A stretch of 64,000 bases of DNA, taken from NCBI GenBank assembly GCA_039803545.1, contig JBDRYS010000001.1, positions 1,866-65,865 of the forward strand. The letters run 5' to 3'. This document shows, one piece after another, positions 47,783 to 57,500 of the stretch; position 1 is the stretch's first letter, and each line of letters opens with the position of its first letter. This DNA comes from a candidate division WOR-3 bacterium (GTDB lineage Bacteria > Hydrothermota > Hydrothermia > UBA1063). The notes beneath the pieces are model-generated. The model saw only the letters and a program-made list of their open reading frames with translations, was not told the DNA's origin and ran no database searches. The position numbers and the translations under genes are program-made.

Positions 47783-49951
47783 TTAGTAGAACAGAGCCAC
47801 CTTCTTCCTGAGTAAAATTGTATTGTCCCTTTTAAGCACTGCAAAATAGACGCCATGGGGGCAATCTAATTCAACTTTAACACCGTCGGCAACCTCCTTT
47901 GTTTTTATTCTTCTTCCCGCTGCATCGTAGATTTCCAAAGTTGCGGTTTCAGGCCCGATACCATTTATTGTTAGGAGTTTACCACTTAGGGTCAAAGATG
48001 GTGAGGCCTTTTGTTCCTTAACGGGCAGTGTTACATTTATTACAATGGGTCCCAAAATAGTATCGTTGTTTCTAACGAGGTAGAAGGTTTCGCTCAGTGG
48101 TCCTTCTTCATAGGTGGAAACCCTCATTTTGAAGTCGAAGTAGAAGGTCTGGCCAGGAAGGCCAAAATGTCCGAGGGGCTTGGCTCTATTAGTACCTGCC
48201 CAGTATTCAGGATAATAGAAATTTGAGGGGTTTCGACTACTTACTAAAGAGGTGAGGGAATCAAAGGAGGAGTAGGAGGTGTTTTTTACTTTTAAACTAA
48301 GGGTAAAGGTGTCATAGGGCGTGAGAGTGGAATCGGGATATATGACTTCTAAAAGTTCGCCCGACAGTGGATTATAGTTTTCAAGGTTATAATAGAGGGT
48401 TGCATAATTGAGGGATATCCAGCCCCTTGTATTACCCTGGATGTTGGGAAGGTAGATTCTTGCCCATCCGTTGACGATGGAATCGACAACAAAAACCTGT
48501 CCTCTGGTAATTTGCGTGATAATGGAGTAGGATGTGGATGGGCCCGTTCGTACGTTCAAAAGGTCGGTGGTGCAAAGGGCGACGGTGTCTCCTGATGAAC
48601 CTTCCAAATATCTTACACTAATCCCATCACCAGCATAAATATAGCCATAATAGCCACCACTGGCGGAAGGGAAGTAGATCTTGTACCAATTCCCCTCATA
48701 GTAAAAGGCGACGAGCTTGCTTCCGTAAGATGCAGTAGTTATGACGGGGTATGAAGTTGAAGGCCCTTCTCTTATGTTGAGTTCGGAAGCGATTACTCTT
48801 ACGACGAAATGTTCACGAGGAACTGGGATGTTCAATTTTTCCCTAATTAGATTGTTAAAGATCCCACGGTCGTAGGTTAGTGCCCAGCATCCAACTCCTT
48901 TTAATGAACTATCCATAGCCATTTGTATTTTAATTCTGATAGAGGCGGTGTCATCATACCAGACCTGATACCATAGAGAATCGACAGTATAGCGGTACCA
49001 GGGGGTAAGGGAGTAGTTATCCCAGAGCCTACCGTAACTCACTGCCTCTTGCATTGCGGTGGGAGCCACGACCGATGAACCATTGCCCGTAGCAGGACTG
49101 TTAAGGTTTCCCGATTGGGTTGGCCAGCGGTACCCATAGTAAGGCATACCGAGGATGAGTTTTGAAGGTGAGCAAAGGGCCTTATAACTTCCAATGGTTT
49201 TTGCGATGCAATATTGCCCCCAAACTGAAGAAGGAACCGCTGGTGCTACAGGTCCTGCATAGTCAGAGCCAGAATAGTGAAAGTCGTATCCCATAATGAA
49301 AAGTCCATCACTGTGGGTGGAAAGGTAGGTGTAATCGTACCCTGGGGACCACTCGGGAACGGCAGGCATTGCAATAAAAAGGTCCTTTCTCCTTGAGGTG
49401 TTGTTTTGAAGGGCATAGTAAAGGTCGTTTATAAAGCGAGAAAAGCTGTCTTTCACAGTAGAGGATACAAACTCAAAGTCTATGTTGACACCTTCGATGC
49501 CATAGTTTTCAACAAATTGTACAATGTTGTTAATGGCATTTAATCGGGCTGTGCGATTGTTTAGGAACGCAGAAACTTTAGTACTTCCAAAGATGGTAAA
49601 GGTCATGTGGACTCGTACCCCTCGCTTATGGGCTCTGTTTATTAGAGAAATAAAGTTGTTAGAGTAGGGAATAGCTCCAAGCGCCCCCAGGGTGTCAATT
49701 CCAACGGAAAAATAGGCTACATGGGTAAGGAGAGAAAAGTCGATGTAACTGTACTCGGTGGTGTCTATCCAATATGGGCAGTAGCCGTAAAAGATGTTTC
49801 TAAGCCCCTTTTCTTCAATTAGAGGTTCAACTACAATGGGCGTGTCACTTACAGGCGAAAAGGCCGCCTCGTTCAGATGGGAGTAATATTCTATCTCGTG
49901 AATGGAAGGTGGGAAAGGCTCAGTAAGGAAGAGGAGCAAAAGAAATTTCAC
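47783..49951 (-). CDS. Secreted GH18-family glycoside hydrolase with two SH3b domains and T9SS-type C-terminal domain
   Basis: Signal peptide; GH18 catalytic motif GVNIDFEF (DxxDxDxE-like); two bacterial SH3-like segments; C-terminus LEIYDAAGRRIK...HGVYFAVLKR... Confidence 0.65.
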   Translation of the reverse strand: MKFLLLLFLTEPFPPSIHEIEYYSHLNEAAFSPVSDTPIVVEPLIEEKGLRNIFYGYCPYWIDTTEYSYIDFSLLTHVAYFSVGIDTLGALGAIPYSNNFISLINRAHKRGVRVHMTFTIFGSTKVSAFLNNRTARLNAINNIVQFVENYGIEGVNIDFEFVSSTVKDSFSRFINDLYYALQNNTSRRKDLFIAMPAVPEWSPGYDYTYLSTHSDGLFIMGYDFHYSGSDYAGPVAPAVPSSVWGQYCIAKTIGSYKALCSPSKLILGMPYYGYRWPTQSGNLNSPATGNGSSVVAPTAMQEAVSYGRLWDNYSLTPWYRYTVDSLWYQVWYDDTASIRIKIQMAMDSSLKGVGCWALTYDRGIFNNLIREKLNIPVPREHFVVRVIASELNIREGPSTSYPVITTASYGSKLVAFYYEGNWYKIYFPSASGGYYGYIYAGDGISVRYLEGSSGDTVALCTTDLLNVRTGPSTSYSIITQITRGQVFVVDSIVNGWARIYLPNIQGNTRGWISLNYATLYYNLENYNPLSGELLEVIYPDSTLTPYDTFTLSLKVKNTSYSSFDSLTSLVSSRNPSNFYYPEYWAGTNRAKPLGHFGLPGQTFYFDFKMRVSTYEEGPLSETFYLVRNNDTILGPIVINVTLPVKEQKASPSLTLSGKLLTINGIGPETATLEIYDAAGRRIKTKEVADGVKVELDCPHGVYFAVLKRDNTILLRKKVALFY

Positions 49952-50013
49952 TTTCTCACCCCGAAATTAATTATGGTTTGCCAATCCAAGAATTTACTAC
50001 TAAGTTCCATCAA

Positions 50014-50949
50014 CTACGCAGAAAGGCCTGCCATTTGTTTCAAAATGGCAATCCTCTTCCAAATAGGTGGATGGGTGCTCCAGAGGTTTGCCCATAAAGA
50101 GTCTTTTTCCGAAAGTCCGCGCTTCTTGGGGTCACTGATGAAAAGGTGAGAAACCGCATCACTTACTTGCATGGGTCTTGAGTAGGTAGCGATCTTTTCA
50201 AGGGCTGAGGCAAGGGCAAGGGGATTCCTCGTTATGGCAACAGATCCCGCATCGGCCATATATTCTCTGGCACGGGAAATGGCAAGGGCCATTAATTTTC
50301 CGATGATGGATGCCAATAGTACAATTAAGAAGAGGATAAGTATTACCAGAAGCTCTCCCCCGCTGTCTTTCTCATCCCTCCGTCTTCTTGCTCCTCCAAA
50401 ATATAACTGAAATCTCAAGAGGTCAGCAATGATTACAATGGCACCCACAAGGACTGCCACCATCGTCATCGTGAGAATATCCCTGTTTTTAATATGGGAA
50501 AGCTCATGCCCGATAACGCCTTCCAGTTCTTCCCTATTTAAGAGCTTTAAAAGCCCTGTAGTGGCACAAACCGACGCGTGTTTTGGATCTCTGCCCGTTG
50601 CAAAGGCGTTGGGTGATGGATCATCCATTATGTAACATTTGGGTGTTGGAAGACCTGCAGCTATGCTAAGTTCCTCAACGACATTTACGAATTGTCTCTC
50701 TTCATAATCGGATAAATTGGGCTTTCTTGCTCCTACAGAAGCGAGGACAATTTTATCACCCCAGTAGTAAGAAATGAGGCTCTGAAGGAGGGCGATGAGT
50801 AGCGCTAAGAAGGTAAAGAAGCCGCCAGCCCCAGTAGCATAATCGATCAATCTTCCGATGAAGTAGAGCATTAAAACGAGGAAAAGGACCAAGAAAAAGG
50901 TCCTCCTCTTATTTCTGGAAGCGATTTTCACAAAATCTAAAGCACTCAT
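50014..50949 (-). CDS. htpX: Zinc metalloprotease HtpX (M48 family)
   Basis: HELSHIKNRD HExxH motif with four TM helices. Confidence 0.85.
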   Translation of the reverse strand: MSALDFVKIASRNKRRTFFLVLFLVLMLYFIGRLIDYATGAGGFFTFLALLIALLQSLISYYWGDKIVLASVGARKPNLSDYEERQFVNVVEELSIAAGLPTPKCYIMDDPSPNAFATGRDPKHASVCATTGLLKLLNREELEGVIGHELSHIKNRDILTMTMVAVLVGAIVIIADLLRFQLYFGGARRRRDEKDSGGELLVILILFLIVLLASIIGKLMALAISRAREYMADAGSVAITRNPLALASALEKIATYSRPMQVSDAVSHLFISDPKKRGLSEKDSLWANLWSTHPPIWKRIAILKQMAGLSA

Positions 50950-50958
50950 CCTGCCTCC

Positions 50959-51504
50959 TTAAAATTTGATTTCAACCCTTTCTCTTTCTCCTGGAAATTC
51001 GAGAAATTCTGCGGGCTTGAAGCCGAAGAGTCCTGCGATAATATTCAAAGGAAACATCTGGCAAAGGGTGTTATATTCTCTTACAGTGTCGTTAAAAAAT
51101 TGCCTGGCGTAGGCGATTCTATTCTCGGTGCTTATGATCTCCTCCTGGAGGATTTTGAAGTTCTCAGAGGCCTTAAGGTCTGGATAATTTTCGACAAGTA
51201 GAAGCAATCTCTTTATGTTGTCTGAGATTGAACCTTCGATCTCCCCCCTCTCTTTTAGGTCGCTGGTACTAATTGCCCTACTCCGCAACTCTGTTATCCT
51301 CTCTAAGAGCTCTCTTTCGTGTTTCATATAACCTTTTACAGCCTCCACAAGGTTAGGAATGAGGTCATGTCTTCTTTTGAGCTGGACATCCAGTTGGGAA
51401 AAGGCCTCTTTGACCCTTATCCGCCATCTCACTAAGGTGTTGTAAGCGAAAAGGACAAAGAGGATAAGTAAAATGAGAATTACAAGCACAATCTTCAGCG
51501 TCAT
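50959..51504 (-). CDS. lemA: LemA-family protein
   Basis: N-terminal TM followed by NTLVRWRIRVKEAFSQLDVQLKRRHDLIPNLV LemA signature. Confidence 0.8.
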   Translation of the reverse strand: MTLKIVLVILILLILFVLFAYNTLVRWRIRVKEAFSQLDVQLKRRHDLIPNLVEAVKGYMKHERELLERITELRSRAISTSDLKERGEIEGSISDNIKRLLLLVENYPDLKASENFKILQEEIISTENRIAYARQFFNDTVREYNTLCQMFPLNIIAGLFGFKPAEFLEFPGERERVEIKF

Positions 51505-51551
51505 ATTGTTATATTAGTATAATGCGGGCGTTTTTTCAATAAAAGGAAATA

Positions 51552-52457
51552 CTACAAAATAGCCTGCCACTTAGTGAGGGCATCCTCATCGGGGAGTTCA
51601 AAGCGAAGAGAATTCCCTGCAATTAAGGTTTTACCTAAGAACCGCAATGAGTCCCGTATCTCATCGATGTTTAACATTTTTCTCACTTTTCCAAAGGCAA
51701 GTATAAGGATTTCATTGCCCCGTTTTACAAGGCAAGCCGAGTAGGACCTCTGACCAAAGGGTAATTTTTCGTAAACCATCACATTGGGTGTCACAATCTC
51801 CCAATCAACTCCAGGAACCTTTGGACAGCGACCTCCCCCAAGTAGGGCAAAGAAGGTAAGGAGATTTGCAATGAGAATTGCTCCAAGAATAAAAGCGAAA
51901 AACACCCTTTTGCTTTGCAATTGCAGTGGGGAAATCTTTTTGCGAAAGTTAGAAATATTGTGTGAAAACTCTGGCCTCGCTACCTTTTTATCCCCATATT
52001 TGAGGCTTTCCAGCAAACTTATAAAGTACTGGAATTTAGTGTCAATGGTACCATCCCTTGATGTGATGTCAATCCACAGAAGGAGGGTGTCAAGGGCGAT
52101 TACCGCGGCTACTGAATAGCCTTTCCTCAGCGGTTTAAAGGCTATAAAGGCAGAGTCACCGAGGGGGACATAGTCGAGTATTAATCGGTTCCCTCTGAAG
52201 TTGTAAAATTTTATATCTTCAAGGTTTTGAATCGGATTTTCTTGGCAATGGTAAAAGAGTCTCAACCCTTCTTTAAAGGTGTAGCCTTTCCAGTTTTCGT
52301 CTTCAACCCATTTCGGCAGCGATGTTGGAAATTCACCAGAGAAGGGGCCTAAGTCTCGGAAAGCGGTGTCGAGGGAGGAAAACTTTTCCATTGCAAAAAT
52401 GACAATAACTACAAGGGAGAACTCAAGGATCAAGGTGAATAAAACAACCTTTTTCAC
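51552..52457 (-). CDS. Hypothetical membrane protein (N-terminal TM, soluble domain, C-proximal TM)
   Basis: 301-aa ORF directly upstream of lemA on the same strand. Confidence 0.4.
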   Translation of the reverse strand: MKKVVLFTLILEFSLVVIVIFAMEKFSSLDTAFRDLGPFSGEFPTSLPKWVEDENWKGYTFKEGLRLFYHCQENPIQNLEDIKFYNFRGNRLILDYVPLGDSAFIAFKPLRKGYSVAAVIALDTLLLWIDITSRDGTIDTKFQYFISLLESLKYGDKKVARPEFSHNISNFRKKISPLQLQSKRVFFAFILGAILIANLLTFFALLGGGRCPKVPGVDWEIVTPNVMVYEKLPFGQRSYSACLVKRGNEILILAFGKVRKMLNIDEIRDSLRFLGKTLIAGNSLRFELPDEDALTKWQAIL

Positions 52458-52576
52458 GCTCTAATTTTATGGCAAACCCGGTAAATTCGCCACTGCGCCT
52501 GCGTGTAGACACTAATACAATGGCCCAAAGGCCATAAGATTCCAGTTTCGCGGAATTTCCCTTAAAATTTAAGTAA

Positions 52577-53065
52577 ATGAGAACCTTCAAGATTTTAGTC
52601 TTCCTTTTTGCCCTTCTGTTTTTAAGTTGCGTATACAGTTTCAAGGGTTTCACAGCAGGGAAGGTCTATGAAGTTTACATTGAAAATTTTGAGAATACTT
52701 CGGAAAGGGCGGGGATCGAAATTGACCTCACCCGGTGGATTACCGACCAGTTTGACTCCGATCTCCGTTTTAAGGTAGTTTCAAAGGCAAAGGCTGAGTA
52801 TATATTGAAATTCACAATTTCGGGCTACAAGGTAGAGCCCTATCAATATAAACCTGATGGAACCGTTTTGAGCTATCGAATTATCGTTATGGGGTATTTG
52901 AAGATTACAAATGCCAAAGAAGGAAAAGTTGTGCTTGAGGATAAGTTAATTTCCGCCTGGGGCGCCTATGCTTATAACGAAAGGGAAGAGGATGGACTTA
53001 AAAAGCTTTCCGATGATCTCGGAACCAAGATTATTCAGGAATTTTTGAATACTGTTTCTCAGTAG
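52577..53065 (+). CDS. Small lipoprotein (possible LptE-like)
   Basis: Signal peptide and lipobox (LFLSC); about 160 aa. The LptE assignment is tentative. Confidence 0.4.
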   Translation: MRTFKILVFLFALLFLSCVYSFKGFTAGKVYEVYIENFENTSERAGIEIDLTRWITDQFDSDLRFKVVSKAKAEYILKFTISGYKVEPYQYKPDGTVLSYRIIVMGYLKITNAKEGKVVLEDKLISAWGAYAYNEREEDGLKKLSDDLGTKIIQEFLNTVSQ

Positions 53066-53067
53066 AA

Positions 53068-54402
53068 ATGCCGGAAACCTATATTGTTCACATCGATAAA
53101 ATGATCCATGAAGGCCTGTCCCTCGGAAAGCTGGGGCAGGGCATAAAGGTAATGGTCCCCTACGCCGTGAAAGGCGACGAAGTAGAAATCCGAATTGTTA
53201 AGAAGAAAAAGGATTACTGGATAGGCGCAATTAAAAAGGTGATCACCCCGAGCCCGATGAGGACTGTTCCCAAATGTCCCTACTTTGGAAAATGTGGTGG
53301 GTGTCAGTGGCAGATGATCGATTACAAGTATCAACCTCAGCTTAAGAAGGAACTGGTGATGGATACGCTGAGCCATTTATCAGGTTTTAATGAGGTAGAT
53401 GTGCTGGATACCATTCCATCTCCGAAGCCCTTTAATTACAGGAATAAGGTCCATTTTCCTCTCAAGAGAGTTTCCCCTAATACGGTGATTATGGGCTTTT
53501 ACAAGCAGGATACCCATTACATCATCGATGTGGTTGAGTGCCCTCTACACCTTGTTCAGTTTAATGAAATTTTCAAAAGGGCAAAAAGGCACATTGGTGA
53601 AAAGGGTCTTTCTATTTACGATGAGACGAAGCATACGGGATTTATAAGGAATTTTACCCTGAGGGGTTCGGAACGAATGCAGGAAACTCTCATCGTTATT
53701 GTTTCCAGGGATGAGTATCTCCATAAGGGCACCGCAATGGATTTAATGAAGATGGGTAATAATGTTATAGGAGTGGTGGAAAACATAAACCCCGAGAAGG
53801 GCAACACCATCTTTGGTAGGGAGAGCAGGACTCTTGTGGGAACCCATCTCTTCCATGAGAGGATTAAAAATTATACCTTTGTAATTTCGGCTACCTCCTT
53901 CTTCCAGGTGAACACCTGGATTGCGGAGAAGATGGTGGAGGTTCTGGATAAGGTTATGCAGGAGATAGGGGAGGTGGATGTTATTGCCGATGCCTACTCA
54001 GGAGTAGGGCTTTTTGCCGTTGCGTCGGCGAAGTACGCAAGAAAGGTCTACGCCCTTGAAATTTCCCCCGAATCGGTAAGTTGTGCCCATAAGAACATCG
54101 CTGTGAATAATAAGCCCAACATCGAAATAATTAACGGCGATGCAGAAACGCTGCTTCCGACTCTTGATAGGGTTGATGTCCTTATTTTAGACCCTCCCAG
54201 GAGAGGGGTAGGTGATGGCATCGTGAACTTTCTCGCTCATTCAAAGCCATCACATATTCTCTACTTCTCTTGCAATCCAGCTACCCTTGCGAGGGATTTG
54301 AAAAAGATGGTGGATGTGGGATACAAAATTGAGTTTGTTCAGCCCTTTGATATGTTCCCTCAGACTTTCCATGTGGAAAATTTGGTCTATTTGAAAAGAT
54401 AA
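53068..54402 (+). CDS. rlmD: 23S rRNA (uracil-C5)-methyltransferase RlmD/RumA family (TRAM + 4Fe-4S + MTase)
   Basis: TRAM N-terminus; CPYFGKCGGCQWQ cluster cysteines; SAM fold with DPPRRG. Confidence 0.8.
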   Translation: MPETYIVHIDKMIHEGLSLGKLGQGIKVMVPYAVKGDEVEIRIVKKKKDYWIGAIKKVITPSPMRTVPKCPYFGKCGGCQWQMIDYKYQPQLKKELVMDTLSHLSGFNEVDVLDTIPSPKPFNYRNKVHFPLKRVSPNTVIMGFYKQDTHYIIDVVECPLHLVQFNEIFKRAKRHIGEKGLSIYDETKHTGFIRNFTLRGSERMQETLIVIVSRDEYLHKGTAMDLMKMGNNVIGVVENINPEKGNTIFGRESRTLVGTHLFHERIKNYTFVISATSFFQVNTWIAEKMVEVLDKVMQEIGEVDVIADAYSGVGLFAVASAKYARKVYALEISPESVSCAHKNIAVNNKPNIEIINGDAETLLPTLDRVDVLILDPPRRGVGDGIVNFLAHSKPSHILYFSCNPATLARDLKKMVDVGYKIEFVQPFDMFPQTFHVENLVYLKR

Positions 54403-54477
54403 AATTTTCGAATTTACCTCAAAGTATTTCAGGCTTTAAGGTTGCGCTCTTAACTCCTTGAGAATTAGTGTTTTACA

Positions 54478-54508
54478 AGTACTTGACTTGCACATCCTTT
54501 TAAGGTTA
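54478..54508 (+). promoter_or_regulatory. Sigma-70-type promoter (TTGACT - 18 nt - TATAAT) for the giant secreted protein gene
   Basis: Read directly, about 25 nt upstream of RBS AGGAGG and the ATG at 54534. Confidence 0.45.
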
Positions 54509-54533
54509 TAATTTTTAAACACAGGAGGTATTT

Positions 54534-57500
54534 ATGTTAAAACGTGTGCTCCTAATATCCGCCTTGCTGGGTATGGTTTGGGCCCAGAAGGCAAAAGTGG
54601 AAGAAATGCCACCAATACCTGTGGAGACGCCTATGTGGATTGGTGGCGAATCGAAGGCTCCCGCTCCGGTGATCGATACAAACTGGATATACTCGGGCTC
54701 TACTGCAAACCTCACACGAAAGGTTGCCGTTGGAAAGTATTTCAAGGGCCCAAGTGATGACACGCTCAGAGTTTTGACTGTCCAAAGCGGTGGAACGAGG
54801 TACTTAGTGATTGCCACCGATACCACAACTACTGGGTTTGGGACGAGGAAGTTTAGAATCGATACCACGATTACCTTCCCTACCGGTGCCACTGAAGCGT
54901 CCATTGCCGTTGGGGATGTGGATGGTGATGGAGTAACGGATATTCTAACGGGTGATAATGCTGCTGTAAGTGGTAAGGTCTGGCTCAGAAGGTTCAAATG
55001 GGATGGTACAAACTGGGTTAGGGTTGATAGTATTGGGGTTGGTTCTTCAGATTACATAAATGATATAGTTATTGCCGATGCTGATAACGATGGCGCTTCA
55101 GAGGTGCTTTTCAACCTCGCCAATAATACTAATTCTGCTATAATGGTCGCCAAATGGAATCCCCTATCGAGTGGCTGGGATACGACCAGGATTACCTTTG
55201 GCAGGACCCAAAGATATAGAGGCGTAGCGGTGGGCGATGTAATTCCCGAAATTCCTGGTAATGAGGTTTACATTTGTGGTGGGACAGATTTTGCGATGGC
55301 ATACTGGAACGGTACCCAATGGGTAACTCAAGTGATCACCACCGCTCTCTCTTCCTGCTGGGACCTTGTGATTGGAGACATAGACCCCACTCTACCCGGT
55401 AATGAAATTGCCATTGTTCATGGATCTACATCCTATCAAATTAGTGTATGGAATTATGATTCGAACTCACAAACCTTTTATGGAAGAGCGTGGAATATCC
55501 TTGGAAGCTCCTGGGGAACGAGCGGAAACAACGACATAACTATTGGTGACTTCCTCAGGGAAACACCCGGAAACGAGGTGGTATTGTCCAACACCGGTAC
55601 TACTACTACGAACCCCTCTATATGGTTTAACATCAGTCCGAACGGTAGAGTGTATGCAGGAGCTTTGCGAAAGCTTGGAGCTTATGCGGATTACGGTGTT
55701 CTAATTGCCGATGTGAACAGGTGGAGAACTGGTAACGAACTGGTGATGTCCGCCGGTGGAAATCTGGTGGAGATGGAGCAGAGGATCCTTGCCAACGATG
55801 TTGCCCTTCTTTCTGCTACAAGAACCCTTTCCCTTTTGAAGGCAGGGGTTTATGATACCCTTAATGTGGAAATTTCCAACCCTGGAACGACACCAGTATC
55901 TTCTGTTAATTTTAACATTTCTTCCACCAATGGACGTGTACCTACCCAGACAGTCAATGTGCCGGTTACACTCAATCCCGGTGATATAGCACTTGTTAAA
56001 GTTCCTTACCAGATAGGTACAAGCCTCGGCATCGATACGCTGTTTGTTTCCCTTGCCGATGCCGATGATAACACAGCCAACAACGGTCCGGCTAAACTTT
56101 ATGTAGAAATCTGGGATGATTCAACGGTTGCTGCAACCTCTTTCTCCGAATCTCCATTCCCCTTAGGTTGGAACAGGGTAATTCTCTCTGGTAGTTATAA
56201 CTGGACCAGGGTCACATCCGGCTCTTACCCTACCGTTTCACCCCTTGATGCCCCGGCAATGGCGATGTATCAATCCTACTCGGCCACTTCCGGCTCTGGT
56301 GCAAGGCTCATATCCCCGAAGATCAATGTGGGCAGTGTAGCGAGGAAGGTGAAACTGAGATTCTATATGGTTCATGACAATGGGTATTCGACAAGCTACG
56401 ATTCCCTTTATGTTGAATACTCCCTTGATGGAGTCAATTTCTACACCCTTGCAGGATTTCAGCGCTATGATTCGGCTGCGACGACCCCTACCTGGACACC
56501 CCATGAAGTAGAGATCGGTGATTTTTCTGGTGGCACTGAACTTTATGTGGCCATAAGGGCACAAAGTGGATATGGTAACAACATGTTTATAGACTCGGTA
56601 AGAACATTTACTACTACCCCCACTGCACCTGCCAATGACGCCCAGATTCTAAGTGTCTCTGTTCCTAAGCCGGTAATACAGAACGAGGGAAGTCCCGTGA
56701 CCATAACCTTCAAGAACAGTGGCCTTGACCCCATTACCTCTATTCAGCTCTACTATACCCTTGGCGGTGCTGATACTACCTGGGAGACCTGGACTGGGAA
56801 CCTGCCGGGTGGAAGTTCGCAGGTCTACACCTTCGCTACTCCGTTTACGCCTGCCGATACCGGCGAGTTTACTCTTTACGCCGGAGTGAAACTCACTGGT
56901 GATGCAAACCCTGACAATGATACGATTTCCACAGCGATTCATGTCTGGCCCTATATGCAAGCACTTCCTTACAGTGAGAACTTTGATGAGAACTGGACCA
57001 ATTCCACCAACCCTCCTTACGGTGGCTGGAAGATTATCGACGGTGGAGATGAGGCAGTACCTGCTGTTAATACCAATGACTGGCACAGGTATGTGGTAAC
57101 TACTCCCGCAAGGACGGTGGCCAGGGTTTACTACTCACCTATAGAAAATCAGGATGACTGGCTGATTTCACCGAGGCTCAAAATAATGGGCTATGGAACT
57201 TATACATTGAACTACTGGCATTACTATAGGGACTACTCGACCTCATCTCCCGACTCTGGACAGGTTTTGATTTCCTTTGACGATGGTGCAACCTGGATTG
57301 AACTTACAAGGTATTCCAATGCGAGTGATAGTGGCTCGAGGTCTATAGACCTTACGCCATACATTGCACCAAGGGTTGGAACTGTTCAATACTTTAGAAT
57401 AGCCTTCCATTACGGTGCAAGGGATGAATTCTACTGGTATGTTGACGACTTCTCTGTGACCTTTGCTCCCGATATTACGCCACCTGTAGTTAATTTGATC

